54,578 bases of DNA from Catajapyx aquilonaris (taxonomy: Eukaryota). The notes below the pieces were generated by a model. That model worked only from the letters and a program-made list of their open reading frames with translations, had not been told where the DNA came from and made no database searches. A program made the translations under genes and the position numbers. Positions 1 through 11,959 of the stretch are shown piece by piece (the first letter of the stretch is position 1; each line of letters starts with the position of its first letter). The stretch lies in contig JYFJ02002571.1 of assembly GCA_000934665.2 (NCBI GenBank), positions 1 to 54,578 on the forward strand, read 5' to 3'.

Positions 1-484
1 GTTCCTCGTCTATGAACCCCCTCTAGATGGCGTTTCCGGACACGGTTTCCTATGTCAAAAATGTTTGTCTTGGTCCCCTCTATCACCCCTAGAAGTTGTT
101 GTTGTTGTTGTTGTTGTTTTTTTTGCTTTTACCCCATTTCAGGGACCGAGCCCTTTCAGGGGGGTGGGCTACCACCATCTGGGTGAAACTTGTATACTGT
201 GGACAGTATTGAGTGTGTTTCACGGGTAAGTAGGAGGGGATGTGCAAAGTGCATGTGCAATGTCTCATACGGTCATTTTGTGAACTCCCCCGGGTGGCTT
301 AGTCTATCGGAAATTGCCACCCGAAACGAAACCAGAGATGGCCCAACTCTGCACGAAAGAAGGTGGGAACCCCGGGTGGGGATTGAACCCGGGACCTTAA
401 CTTCCGTGGGCGCACGCGTTACCGCGGCGCCACTCCGTCTCCCTGACCCCTAGAAGTTTGTCGGTTGAATTCATTTACACCCTG
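1..484. mobile_element. Terminal part of a Tc1/mariner-type non-autonomous element (interrupted by a SINE)
   Basis: Ends in ...TTTACACCCTG followed by TA (485-486), i.e. TA-CAGGGTG on the minus strand, a typical mariner-like terminus. The other end lies outside the window. Confidence 0.6.
98..445 (-). mobile_element. Full-length tRNA-derived SINE
   Basis: 13-bp TSD ACCCCTAGAAGTT at 85-97 and 446-458. Minus-strand head has A box TGGCGCCGCGG and B box GGTTCAATCCC. 3' tail is A-rich/(CAA)n. Confidence 0.9.
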
Positions 485-800
485 TATAAAGCTCAAAGTT
501 TGTACATATATTTATCACGCCTAATTAAGCCACTTCCCGGGCACGGAGAGCGCTCAAATTTCTCAGAGCCATGTCTTACATATCACTGACCCCAGGAAAA
601 GTCCCAAACCAGAACTTTTTTGAGTCTAAGGGGGGTTTTCAGCAGATTAAGCAATTGCCTAGCAACCCTGGCTGTCAACAAGCCCAAATGATGGATCTGC
701 CTCTCTCACTCACGTTCTACAATAATCAACATTGCATAATTATTCAACAATGAAAACAATAGAACAACGGGCAGGTTGGCAAGAATAATAATTGCAGTAC

Positions 801-953
801 ACGTAGCAAGGGGGTAATCACTTCGGTACTCCGGTGTACACCTGGGAGTGGTACTCCCTGTCCCTGGTACTCCTCAGGCACCTCACTCTTTATTACTCCG
901 TGGTACTCTCCAGTGTACACTTTTCAGTCGAGTGATTACCCCCCTTGACACGT
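801..953. mobile_element. MITE with imperfect terminal inverted repeats
   Basis: ACGTAGCAAGGGGGTAATCACT ... AGTGATTACCCCCCTTGACACGT, with internal GGTACTCC sub-repeats. Confidence 0.55.
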
Positions 954-1220
954 AGGGTATCGTAACAATTAACGGTTGGAGTACTTCGGGGAGTGCCGAG
1001 ATCAACAATACCGAACAATACAGTACTGTACAGTTCATAATCTTCATATATCGATAGAAGCTGCCACAAGGCACCAGGAAACAGAGGAAAGAAGAGCAGG
1101 TATACGTTCGTGTGTTTTGTCTCAGAAGTGTTGGAGTGATGCCTTCATGTTCGGATTGTGTTATCATCAAATATTTTTTAAAAAAAATCTGATACAGAAT
1201 TTTCAAATGTAATTTTAAAA

Positions 1221-1418
1221 CCGGGGTTAATGCGAAACGGCGTAAAACGGGTACTTCCCGCATGGGAAATCTTTCTTGGCCACTTCACAACCAGCAAGCT
1301 ATCATAATTTCCACGTTATCACAATTTTTCAATTTAAAAATTTTATGATGTCATTTTCAAATCGGCGTTAATGTAGAACGGCGTAAAATGGAGGGGTGTG
1401 AAACGGGCACCTACCGTA
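1221..1418. mobile_element. pogo/Tigger-like transposon end
   Basis: Repeated subterminal motif AACGGCGTAAAA(C/T)GG; terminus ...CGGGCACCTACCG-TA. Confidence 0.45.
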
Positions 1419-1604
1419 TTATTTTGATAATTGGACGGTGTTATGCAAAAATGCGTCAACCCCCGCGAGACCAGTTTTGAGAAAAAGGGCTTTGAAGGTC
1501 ATACCTGTGAAATTAATTCAGTGTTCTTTTCGGTCATTTATGGCAGAAGTATATGCAGATTTCACCTGCGTGATTTTCACTGAATGAAGTAGGATCCTTT
1601 AGGT

Positions 1605-1826
1605 CAGCGGTTCTTAGCCTGGGGTGCCCGCACCTCCAGGGGGTGCGAGGTGGCTTCCCTGGGGGTGCGAGCATCCATATGGACTAAATCTAACCTGATC
1701 TAACCAATAGCTAATAACTGGTCTAACTATGAACGTAATCAATCACCCCTGGTAAAGGGGGTGCGACAAGGACCCACATATCGTCTACAAAGGGGTGCGG
1801 AGGCCCGAAAAGGTTAGGAACCTCTG
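1605..1826. mobile_element. hAT (Charlie-like) MITE
   Basis: TIRs CAGCGGTTCTTAGCCT / AGGTTAGGAACCTCTG; perfect 8-bp TSD CTTTAGGT at 1597-1604 and 1827-1834. Confidence 0.9.
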
Positions 1827-2163
1827 CTTTAGGTGTATGTTCCTGGGCTTGGCTCAATTTTGGCATTTTTGTGGGTTGACCCATTATTGATAACGCGGTC
1901 CTATTATCCCTCCGCTTTCGATCACTTATGTGTACGTTGACTGACACCAAGTTCAACATATGTACCAGACACTACACACGGGTTCGCTGCTATATATAAA
2001 TTAATTAATAACATATTTTGATAATCTACGTATGTAAGGCAAAAAAATTTAAATTGTTTGCCTCTGGCAACAGAATTTTGTTGGTGATTACCATAGAAAC
2101 AGGCCTGTAAATGGTTTCAAATTTTGCACTTCCCCCAATTTTTTTATCCCAATTTTTTTATGT

Positions 2164-2430
2164 CCCCTCTCCCCAATGTGTCTCCACCTTGCCGTGGTGG
2201 TGGGCTTTCGTTTTCCTATGATCCTGAAGAGCTATGCCGGCGGTAGTTTCGTCTACTGGTAGGGCCGCCCAAGTTGGACAGGTCTTTGGGATAGGAGACA
2301 GACTAAGAGAGATACCAGTCTTTCCTCTCTTCTTTTTTCCTCTTCGTTTCTCTCTCCATCTGTCCCACCTTTTGTATTCTGATAACCACATAGCCATAGT
2401 TGCGTGGCTCTTTATTACGCAAACAAACCA
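2164..2430 (+). mobile_element. Non-autonomous retroposon with RTE-5'-like head, diverged copy 1
   Basis: Colinear and highly similar to 11960-12230; ends in AAACAAACCA. Confidence 0.8.
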
Positions 2431-2835
2431 GAATTTTTACACCCTTCCAGTGCCTACATAATTATGCAAGGGAATGAGCAGTTTTGCATTTAATATTGCT
2501 TGAGATCTAGATTTCGGTGTAATTATCCACGCTCTTTTTTTCCCCGTGCGAATAACGGGTACCGCTGCTAGTCATAAATAAGATAGAACCATTGAAGAGC
2601 TGCATCTCTCCCCCTTCCTCCCAATGAAATCTGCGGTAGCATCAGGGCATATCCGGATAACACATCGCGCCACTTTTTGTAACTTTTTACATTGAATTTG
2701 AAATCAGAGCCCTCTAAAGCCGCCGTAAACTAATTTTGACGCTAATACTGTATATCCCTGTCCAATTCATTCCGCTCTATCACAAAAATGCAGTGAAATT
2801 TCGTTTTAATTAATCTTACCTAATTATTGTGTGCA

Positions 2836-2928
2836 AGCGAGTTCATGTGACGTCACTGTTCAGCGCATGGTTAATAAACGGCCCGGTTATTAACCATGCG
2901 CTGAAGAGTGACGTCACATGAACCCGCT
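2836..2928. repeat. Near-perfect ~93-bp palindrome with two TGACGTCA motifs
   Basis: AGCGAGTTCATGTGACGTCACTGTTCAGCGCATGGTTAATAA ... TTATTAACCATGCGCTGAAGAGTGACGTCACATGAACCCGCT. Confidence 0.9.
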
Positions 2929-3699
2929 GATGACGTCCCGTTCAAAGCGGCCCGTTTGGTATTGCACCATAATGCCTCGTAACAGTTATTGGCGTGATTG
3001 GACATTAGCTCCCAGTATTAGCTGCCTGATAATTTCCCCCACGTTCGGATGTACTTTGAGGTGACTTAATCTTGACGGTAATTGGAAAGGAAACGAGTTG
3101 AATATTTTGTGACGGATTACAATTAATAAAAGTCTGCCGGAAGCTGGAATTGGTCGAATGGAAGCTAATATTCCAAGTAGCTGTTATGAGGTGATAGAAA
3201 TAGCCGTGTGCATTCCACCGATCCTTTTCGTATGGAGTGGTGTGATGTCTGCCATGTTGGTTGGTCTCCTCCTCTTGTTTCCTTATGGAGATAGGAGGTT
3301 CTCATCCTTGCCGTTGGGGGCCACTCACCGCCACTCTCAACCGTGCCGGTCGTTGAGGCGTCCCCTTCCCCTCTCCTTTTTCCAGTCCTTCCGACGTTCC
3401 ACTGAGGGGAGGGCACGCCCTGCCTCGTGTCCGCCCAGGGGCCACACCCAGGGCCGCCCGCAGGCTCCAGCCTCACCGGGGGAAGCGACGTGGGTACCTG
3501 CAGCATCACCACGGCACAGTGTTGGGTACAGAAGAGGTCTTGTTGAGAGTCGCCTTATTCTAGGCCTACACTTGCCGCAGTGTTCCACAGTGTACAGGGG
3601 GACAGTTTGATGTTTCATTTTGTAGTAATGTGTATTGTCCAGATCCAGATGGTTTTAATGTGTCGTTGTAGGTTGTAGCAAGTTGTCTCTGTGCAGCAT

Positions 3700-5320
3700 C
3701 TTTGGTACTTTCACTGCCGCCGTGCTTGGCGGAATGATTTGCATAAGCTTGAATATGTGCAATTGGTTAATAGTACTGGTGTAATCCAGTAATTAAGAGT
3801 TATTTGGATGGGTCATGTTAACATTTAGGGCCGGTTTCACCGAGCTTGGTATATGATAAAACCAGGTTTCTTTAGGAAAATCCCATACAAATAGATAGGG
3901 ATTTTGAGAAAGAACCCTGGTTTTATCATATACTGAGCTCGGTGAAACCGGCCCTTAGATGGTAGCAGCAGCAATGATATGTGGATTTACTGGTCTGGCA
4001 TATGCCAAGGGTGTTGCAGTGGTGCGTTGAGGTTTTTTTTTTTTTTTGTCCCATTTCTCGGCGGGGTTGTTGAGCAGATTCTGGTGTCGCAGCAGCAGGA
4101 AAGGGTATGGATAATAATTTCCATGATTGTGTGTCTGAGGAGCAGTTAGGATTTTTCGCAGTCTACTTTCTGGTATTAAAATTGGACTTTGGGCCATTTG
4201 TGCTCTCTCAAAGAGCAGAATAGCACAGAGCATCTGTCAAGTTGATTGGTATACTGTGACCTACATGTAGGTACAACAACGAACATAATTCGGGTTCAGT
4301 TCAAATCCTCGTTTATTGTTACGCCAATTAATGTAAGGTCACCATATACTTTTAATACATATTTAGCAGGAAAGGGTGTTATGTGTATTTATTATCCACG
4401 TTTTTATCTGGTGAGCAGCAGTTAGGATTTTTCTCAGCCTACTTTCTGGTATTGAAATTGGACTTTGTGCCATTTGTGCTCTCTCAAAAAGGAGAATCTT
4501 GAATAGCACAGAGCATCTGTCAAGTTGATTGGTACTAAGCTTAGTGTTGATGTTACCTTTGTTCTACATTTATTATAAGTTCACCATATACTTTTAATAC
4601 ATATTTATTAAATATTGGGAAGAGTAGTTGTGTGAGCAACTTCTCACATTGCAAAATACATCTTAAATTTCATGCTGGTAGAAATGTGGGGATATTGACT
4701 GAGTTTGCTGCTCCTCATTCATAATGGCTATTGCGTGAAGTCATCTACAAATTGTCCACTTCCAGTTAGATGTCATGTCGTCATGGGTTGTGCGTCGTCG
4801 TCGTCATGTTATAGGTTGTCATTGGGTTGATCAGTTTGTTTGGTACTTGCACTGCCTCCGTGGTTGTCAGAAGGATTGGCTGCAGAAATTTCAACTTGAA
4901 TACGTGGAATTGGTTAATAATTCTGTTGTAATCCATTATTAGTGTGATTATTTGAATGGGTCATGTTACGTTTTCATTGTAGCAGCATCAATTATTTTGT
5001 TAAGTGTATGTCTATGGATCTGCTCTGGCATATGCCCAAGGGTCTCGTATATTACAGTTGTGGAGCGAAGGTTTTTTCTCCCATTTCTCATTATGGTTGT
5101 TGCGCAAATTGTGGTGTCACAGCAGCAGGGAAGGGTGTTATGTGTATGGATTGTATTTTCCATGATTGTGTGTCTGAGCAGCAGTTGGGATTTTCCGCAG
5201 TCTACTTTCTGGTATGAAAAATGGACTTTGTGCTATCTGTACTCTCTCAAAAAGGTGCACAATTAATAGCACAGAGCACATGTGGAGTTGTTTGGTACTA
5301 AGCTTGTTGATGTTGCCTTT
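3700..5320 (-). repeat. Three diverged local copies of an unknown decayed coding-like unit (~3700-4251, ~4366-4560, ~4838-5320)
   Basis: Shared blocks such as GAGCAGCAGTT(A/G)GGATTTT, CTACTTTCTGGTAT and AATAGCACAGAGCA in all three. Related sequence near 39870-39975. Confidence 0.8.
3828..3954. mobile_element. PIF/Harbinger (Tourist-like) MITE
   Basis: Long TIRs GGGCCGGTTTCACCGAGCT.../...AGCTCGGTGAAACCGGCCC; TTA TSD at 3825-3827 and 3955-3957. Absent from the paralogous copy near 4965. Confidence 0.92.
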
Positions 5321-6968
5321 GTCCCCCTACATATGTTAATTTTCTGAAGCACAAGTATACAGTTTTTAGAGGACGTGCCACCTATTATGAATAGCATATG
5401 CAGGTCTCGTTTGGCAATGAATAAATTCAAGTCAACAATCACCTGCGGCTGCCTATTATGAAGAGTATTAACAACGCCACCTATTAGAATGATCGGTAGT
5501 TAGTATTTATCTCATTATATATGTGCCTGGCCATATGCCATCTGTCAACACATTGTTATTAATTATATTATATGAGACTGCCCTGCCATCTCTGCCAACG
5601 AATTATTGAATTATTATAGCATATAGTATAGCATTGCCACAACCTAATTCTTAGGCAGTCGGACTATGGTATTTTATTAGCAAGTTCTTGTCATGTTGAT
5701 TTTTGCTTGTCCATCTTGTGTTTTACGTAGCTGGAGTAGCAGTGTCACATTGCAAATAATTGCACATGGTAGGTCGTCCGGAGGTGAGGTATGTTTGCAT
5801 CATGTTAGTTGTAGTTTTGTAGTGTTTTATTGTAATACCTTTTTGGCCCACATGGGCAGAGATACAGATACAGATGTCCATGACCAAAGCAATAATTTTT
5901 GGAATAATTTTAGGTAACCTTGCTCTTTTGGTAACTTCCACTCTGAGTTCCATGGAATTGCACCATGGTAGGCTATATGCTTTCCTTACTAAACGTGTCA
6001 TGACGGTCTCTGCCCTACATCTCTTTGATATTATTGCTGCTCTTAACAATATATTTGTTGGTGTTGGAGAGCTGGTGACATTGCTCATTTACGCCTACAA
6101 CTGAATCCAACAAATGGTGCGAGAATTTGTAATTTTAAATGGGAGTAATCCACTTCATATAGTGACTTGTTGACTATGCTGTCGATCCAGTAAATAGCGT
6201 TTGCTTATAGTGTCAAAACATGGCAGGCCTATAATAATTGCTTGAAAGTTGCTGTGTGTCCATGTTTTTATAGTGGTCAGATTTAGGGTTGCCCAAATTT
6301 TTTGAGGTACATTAACACAAGTCTGCAAAATTTTGCTCATCAAAGTATTTTAATTTTGGATAGTCATATTGAATGGCACTGCGCACTGATGAACATAACG
6401 AAAAATGTAACTAGATGCATAGTGCTCTGTTGGAGGCCACCAATAGGGATGATGACTCGTCTTCATCTTGCTTAGATCTTGTTGTTTGAAATATGTGATT
6501 ATTGCTAATACACTTGTTGGATGAGAAGCTGATTAATTGCACGCGTTCCTTCTGCAAATGAAAATTTCTGCTTAGGATTTTAGATTACTGGAGTAAGTGA
6601 TTTGAGTTGCTTCCCCCTGAGTTTTTGCTGCCTTTCAGGTCAATCAGAAACATTTGGCAAGGCAGGTTGTTTTTGGGGATAGCTTTTGTAAGCTATGCCA
6701 TGGTCTTACTAACTGCATGACAGGTTTCAAGACACTAAGAGATGGTTAATTTGACTGGTCTTCTGATAATATTATAGAGTTGTTTCTTCAAACATGAAGA
6801 GGATGAGTACTGTTGCTATACCAATGACTGTTCAAATGACTAGGATTTATTATTATTATTATTATGATTTACTTTTGTTTAATGCAAGGGCATAAAGGTC
6901 TGATTATTATTAGGGCTTTATTGTTTCTGTTCATGCATGCTTGATTTACTATTGCTGTCCGTATGTTA

Positions 6969-8194
6969 CCGCATGTTACCGTATGTTACCGTATTACCGC
7001 TGTTACCGTATGTTACCGCGTTTACCGCATCCTCTTTGCCCAGCTTAAGAGCACACGATACAAGGACTGGGCCCACGTGTACACCGACGGATCCAAGTCG
7101 GCTGACCACGTGGGGTGCTCTTTCGTCTGCTGCGGTGAGGCTCACTCTGAATCCCTCCCCGCAGCAACTACTGTTTATACGGCTGAGCTCCAGGGCATCT
7201 CCAACGCCCTGGAGCACATCCGCTTTGCCGGACACGCCCGCAGCGTCATCTTCTCGGACTCTCTGAGTTCATTGACGGCGCTGCACTCCTACTCTGACGG
7301 CACCCACCCGGTGCTGTCTTCTGTTATCCAGCGCCTCCAGCAGCTGGCTCTGCTGGGAGTGTCTGTGAGTTTTTGTTGGGTTCCGGGGCACGCGGGCATT
7401 CAGGGCAACGAGTTGGCGGACGAGGCAGCTCGCACCGCCTCCTCCCCCCGTGCCCAGGGCTGCGTGCCCCACCCGGATCTGCGGCAGGTGACGAGGGAAA
7501 GGCTGCTGGGCGAGTGGCAGGTCCTCTGGGACGGGGAGACGGGGAACAAGCTCCACGGGGTGAAGCCGGTCCTCTCCCCCTGGGGGTCCTCCTCCCGTCC
7601 CGACAGGAGGGAGGAGGTCGTTCTGGCCAGGCTCAGGATGGGGCACACCCGCCTCACCCACGGCCACCTCCTCAGGGGCGGGGACGGCCCCCCTCTCTGC
7701 GGCCACTGCCACCAGGCCCCTTCTCTGACGGTCCAGCACATGCTGCTGGACTGTCCTGCATTGCACCAACTCTGCCTAGACACCGGTCTCCTGCGGGCGG
7801 GAGATCCCGCTCCTTCCACCCTCGCTCATCTGCTGCCCGACTCTGCGGACCCCACTGTTATGTTGGCTCTCTTTTCTTTTTTGAAAAGAACCAACATGTA
7901 TAGAGATCTATAACCGTTGCATTTTAAATATATACTCGTAACGTTTTGTTTCACTTGTTACACTCTATTGAAATTTTATAGTCGCTACTGTAATAAATGC
8001 TCAAGTAATATGATAATTAATTAATTAATTATCTCATTTTTTAAAAATAATAAATAATAATAATAAACACATTTTGTTCAGTTAACGTTGGGGTTGGGGT
8101 GGCATTGCCTGCCCTGCCCTACAACGTCACAGGTGCTTGGCGCAGTATAGCCATTGCTGCTGTTGCGCCATTAAACCATTAATCAATCAATCAA
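6969..8194 (+). mobile_element. 5'-truncated, young I-group (I/Nimb-like) LINE
   Basis: 11-bp TSD TCCGTATGTTA (6958-6968, 8195-8205); (TCAA)n tail; 3' GGCGCA...TGCGCC stem; open RNase H frame. Confidence 0.92.
7019..7913 (+). CDS. C-terminal part of LINE ORF2: RNase H plus C-terminal zinc knuckle (truncated, no true start)
   Basis: YTDGS...TAEL..I...IFSDS.S...WVPGH.GI.GNE.AD; RLRMGHTRLTH; C..C.....HMLLDC. Confidence 0.92.
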
Positions 8195-8589
8195 TCCGTA
8201 TGTTAAGAGGGCAATAATCCAGGCTTCTTGTGCTCATAGTCTCTCAGTGCAGAATTGGTCATTTTTAAAGCATGACTGCATATTTCGAGTGTAACCATTG
8301 AAACCTCTGTCTGCATGTGCTGTGGTTTGAGCCTGTGTGGCCTCTTGTCACTCCTACATCATGTGAGGAAAGGGCCAACCCAGGGGCCCAGTCGTCGGAC
8401 GTTTTTAATCTTGGGGGTCACATTAGGGAGGCCAGATCTATTGTTATCTCACAACCATTCCCTGGCTGATTATTATGGTAACTGAGTAATGAAGGTCCAG
8501 GCTGCAGCTGACATGAATGCAACAGATTGATGATATTGTTTATCATAGTTTGACACTTATTAACACAATCCTCAAATTTATTAGCAGTA

Positions 8590-8720
8590 ATATGGATAAA
8601 ATGAAATATATGTTGTTCCCTAATCCGATCCTTTTTCCTCGGTGCTTCTGTATTTCTTCAATTTCTGGAAATTTATCAGAGCATCTAGGCCCTGTCTTCA
8701 TTTAAATATAGCCTTCAACT
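8590..8720 (-). pseudogene. Possible PC4-like ssDNA-binding domain remnant
   Basis: Frameshifted RLYLNED...KFPEIEEIQKHRGKRIGLGNNIYF; weak resemblance to tandem PC4-fold proteins. Confidence 0.2.
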
Positions 8721-10452
8721 TACCACTAGCAATGCAATGCTGCTTGGTCATGCGTTATCCTGATTACTTTCCAGACGATTATTGGCAAGTGTAAGAAATG
8801 CTATTAATAAGAGGGGAGTACACAAGATGGGGTGGCTGAATTTGCCATCATCACTTGTGAAAATGCTGATTCACTTTTCTACCAGGCGAAATGTCAGCCT
8901 AAATTGTCAGGGGAACAATGATGGTAATATTTATTGTAGCATGCTGCACTCTTGATGCGATGTACTGTGTAATTTGAAGCTTCTTATCTTGACAATTACA
9001 CTCGCAATTACATGACTTTTAATGATGTGAATGTCCGCCCTGGTTTGCAGTTTTTGTGTCATTTCCCTGGGAATGCTGGACCCATGATCATCCGTGAGGA
9101 GAAAGTTGGATTGTAGTCAGTCGTACTCATGATGCTGTGAAACATTGTTACAATTTGAATTTTTGGGCACTGGCTACAATTTTTCAAGTGCCTCCGCAAA
9201 TATTTGGTCGGATTCAATTCACGATCCTTGGAAAACCAAATGGCCGGAATTGCTGTTTCTTATGATGCATGAAAATATTGTGCTTATGATATCCACAGGT
9301 TTATTACGACATGACTTTCAATTTCTGTCAGTGTGTGACACTTTGTTTCTTTGTTGACATATTAGTCGCCTGGGGAGATGCATATTGGCGTCGTGAGCCT
9401 CCATGCCAGTTGAAGGTCGTCGTTGGAGCTCAGTGCCTCACGTGTCACGTCTACTCCTGTGGAATAATATTCTGCGAGTAATTGCTATTGTGGTTTGTGG
9501 TTTGATCTCAACAAGCACTGGAGCCAATTGGTCGTCTGTAGATACATCTGGCCAATCTGTCGTTCGGGGCATCGCTCGTGTGCATATGAAATCATCTCGA
9601 TGTTATAAAATTCAATCACTCTGTCTCGATTGCAGTATACATAACTATTCGATATTTATTTAGGAGATTCTGAACGGAATGTAATGTGCTCCTCTTTCTT
9701 GCCAATAAAATGTGCATTAAATGGAAGGCATGCCTACGGTATAGACACTTGACCTTGGTACTTTAAAAGTTTGGCATGAATTTCCTGTAATATTTTGGAA
9801 CCATCAAATGATGCCATGTGAAAAGCCGAGTTGTGGAGGTGGTGGGTAGAAGTGATGTTGATTGGTGTGGTTGGTCTTTTCACACCTGCACATGTCATAT
9901 GGGACTCAAATCATGATAAAATGCCTAGATATTTTGGGTGGAAGTCATGTTTCTAGGGGAGTTGGTAGTTCTGTCAAAAAATTTGTCCTCAGTGCATTGT
10001 TTAGGCATACACAGTTCACTTGCCGGCCACCTGGCTGATTGCAGTCCGGCTGTTTTCTGTTCATGTTGTCTTCCTTGTCATGGAGCAGTTTCGCTCCATG
10101 ATTTCAACGTATAGCACAATCTTGTAGCCCAGTGTAATAAATGCCTTGTCAGAAGCAGGATATCCCGAGTCTGTCCCCCCTTCATCTTCGTGTTTGCCAG
10201 CAGCAACCCTTCATGTTTCGCCTGCATTTCTTATGAGAAACGTTCCAGAATAATACTCTGTAGCAGGTGCTCTTAAAAATGGACAGAGATTTTAAAAATT
10301 ATTAATATGATTCACAATATCACCAGGCGTCCCATGTACTGATGTATTTGGTGTGAATAGTTACTTACCATATGGTTCCGATCAGAGGAGAACCTTCTCC
10401 ATACGAATGAGTGAAAATAACTGATGAATAACTTACTACTTAATTTCGAACA

Positions 10453-10564
10453 GTGGAATTGTCATCGGACTACTAGTTACTGCTAACTTAGTAGTACCAT
10501 TGCACTACACTAGCTGGGTACTGCTAAGTTAGAAGTAACTAGTAGTTCGATGAAAATTCCACCC
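10453..10564. mobile_element. Hairpin MITE (probably Harbinger-type)
   Basis: GTGGAATTGTCATCGGACTACTAGTTACTGCTAACTTAG ... CTAAGTTAGAAGTAACTAGTAGTTCGATGAAAATTCCAC(CC-TAA). Confidence 0.75.
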
Positions 10565-11083
10565 TAACTAACTGCTAACTACGCTACTAACCTTCTGGTA
10601 CAATCTTGAAACCTTGTACGACCATAATTACGTTGCCGCATAGCTCTGCTACATATACGCAAATGTGCAATTAATACCCACGCCCATTACACAATAACAT
10701 TAACATACATAATTGCTGCAGTGGACTATTGGCCACTTTTGATCTCAGACCCATCACTAGCCATTATTGTTACCCAACTTCTGCAGTAGAGTGTATTGTA
10801 AAATATACGCCTGTAAATGAGCTGACTATTGGACCCAATAGGAAGTGATGGCCATCTATTGCACCGAATAAGCTATAATTAACTCAGGGGGCTGGTTGAT
10901 TTTGGGTTAGGAGCAACTGTGCTCATTATTTTGTATTTAGATTTGGTTCATGGCGGGGTGGTACGACGCATTCTTTTCCTACAAAAATTGTGTAACCTAA
11001 TATTTTCGATGACGCCGAAGAGGTAAATAGTTCAGACGTAGCTGCTACGTGAATGGCACAAAATCACTGGTAATTATATATAT

Positions 11084-11328
11084 AAAAAGTTTCATGACAG
11101 GGAAAAAATGTGTCTTCCTGATATAAAATTACAACAATGGGAGGACATGCCATCGGGCAGGGGTCTGACGTCAAATTACCATGTGGCTTTGGGGGATCAC
11201 CGTGGAATATTCTCAAAATAATGTGGCATGTGCCCCTGAGAGGTCTCTACTTGTTTCAAAAAGTTTCATGACCGAGAAAAAAATCTATCTTCCTGATATA
11301 AAAGTGCAACAATAGGAGGACAGCAGCC
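11084..11328. repeat. Diverged ~70-bp direct repeat (~11084-11150 and ~11258-11325)
   Basis: AAAAAGTTTCATGAC...TCTTCCTGATATAAAA...CAACAAT.GGAGGACA occurs twice. Confidence 0.8.
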
Positions 11329-11332
11329 TGGC

Positions 11333-11690
11333 CTGGGATAGCAAATGCTTCAGTCTCGATGAATACTCCATATGCCTTGCTGATCGCACCTGTAGGGTCT
11401 GCCAGCAGTGGGATCTCCAGCTGGCCCACGCCGTGATTATCTAGTGGGAGTTTTGGGGTGTTGCACCACGCCTGATGGATAACGACGTTGTTCGTAGAGC
11501 ATGCCATTACCTCGCATTCGATCTGCTGGAACCAGTTACAATTGTCCGAGAAAGACATGACTTCACTGGCACTAATAGGTAAATCGTGACTTGAACTTGA
11601 GATGACTCCCTGTATATGTAGCCCACCCAATAAAATCACTGTCTTTGCATGCCTGATGTCAATTTATTAGTGGCCTTGAAATGACTTGCT
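11333..11690 (-). pseudogene. Degenerate intronless 2-Cys peroxiredoxin (AhpC/TSA) fragment
   Basis: SEVMSFSD...FQQIECEVMACST...HQAWCNTP...GVGQLEIPLLADPTGAISKAYGVFIETEAFA aligns with the Prx1 core; upstream frameshifted ASHFKAT; FTFVCPTE active-site motif lost. Confidence 0.85.
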
Positions 11691-11959
11691 TGTCTACAGA
11701 GGAAGAACGAGGTCGGCTGCGATCATTTCGAGCGGGTTAAACACGCATTCTTTCCGCAGGCGGTACCGTTACCGGAAGTACAAGTCGCGTCGTCCTATAC
11801 CTCCTATCCGGTCCCGTGGTTGTAGCCGTTGGAATAATCAGTCGCCTAACCGCGGTGGACTGGACTGATCCCGAGGTTCTCACATGTTTCTTATCATATA
11901 GTACACAAAATAAAACTATGCACCTGAAATATGTTTTTATATGGTTTACTGCCCTGAAA

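Noticed and set aside
370..445. tRNA gene on minus strand
   Set aside because: A/B boxes belong to a SINE head followed by body, tail and TSD; no convincing acceptor stem or terminator.
3158..3618. 150/115/93 aa ORFs in a GC-rich patch
   Set aside because: No recognisable motif in any frame; probably a retroelement scrap but unsupported.
6961..7030. CRISPR-like or satellite array
   Set aside because: No spacers; explained as LINE 5' junction stutter. No CRISPR or prokaryotic features anywhere in the window.
7269..7903. Overlapping 139-176 aa ORFs in other frames
   Set aside because: Shadow frames of the GC-rich LINE RNase H coding sequence.
10150..10185. Harbinger GDSGYP motif (TDSGYP on minus)
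   Set aside because: Isolated short match with no flanking motifs.
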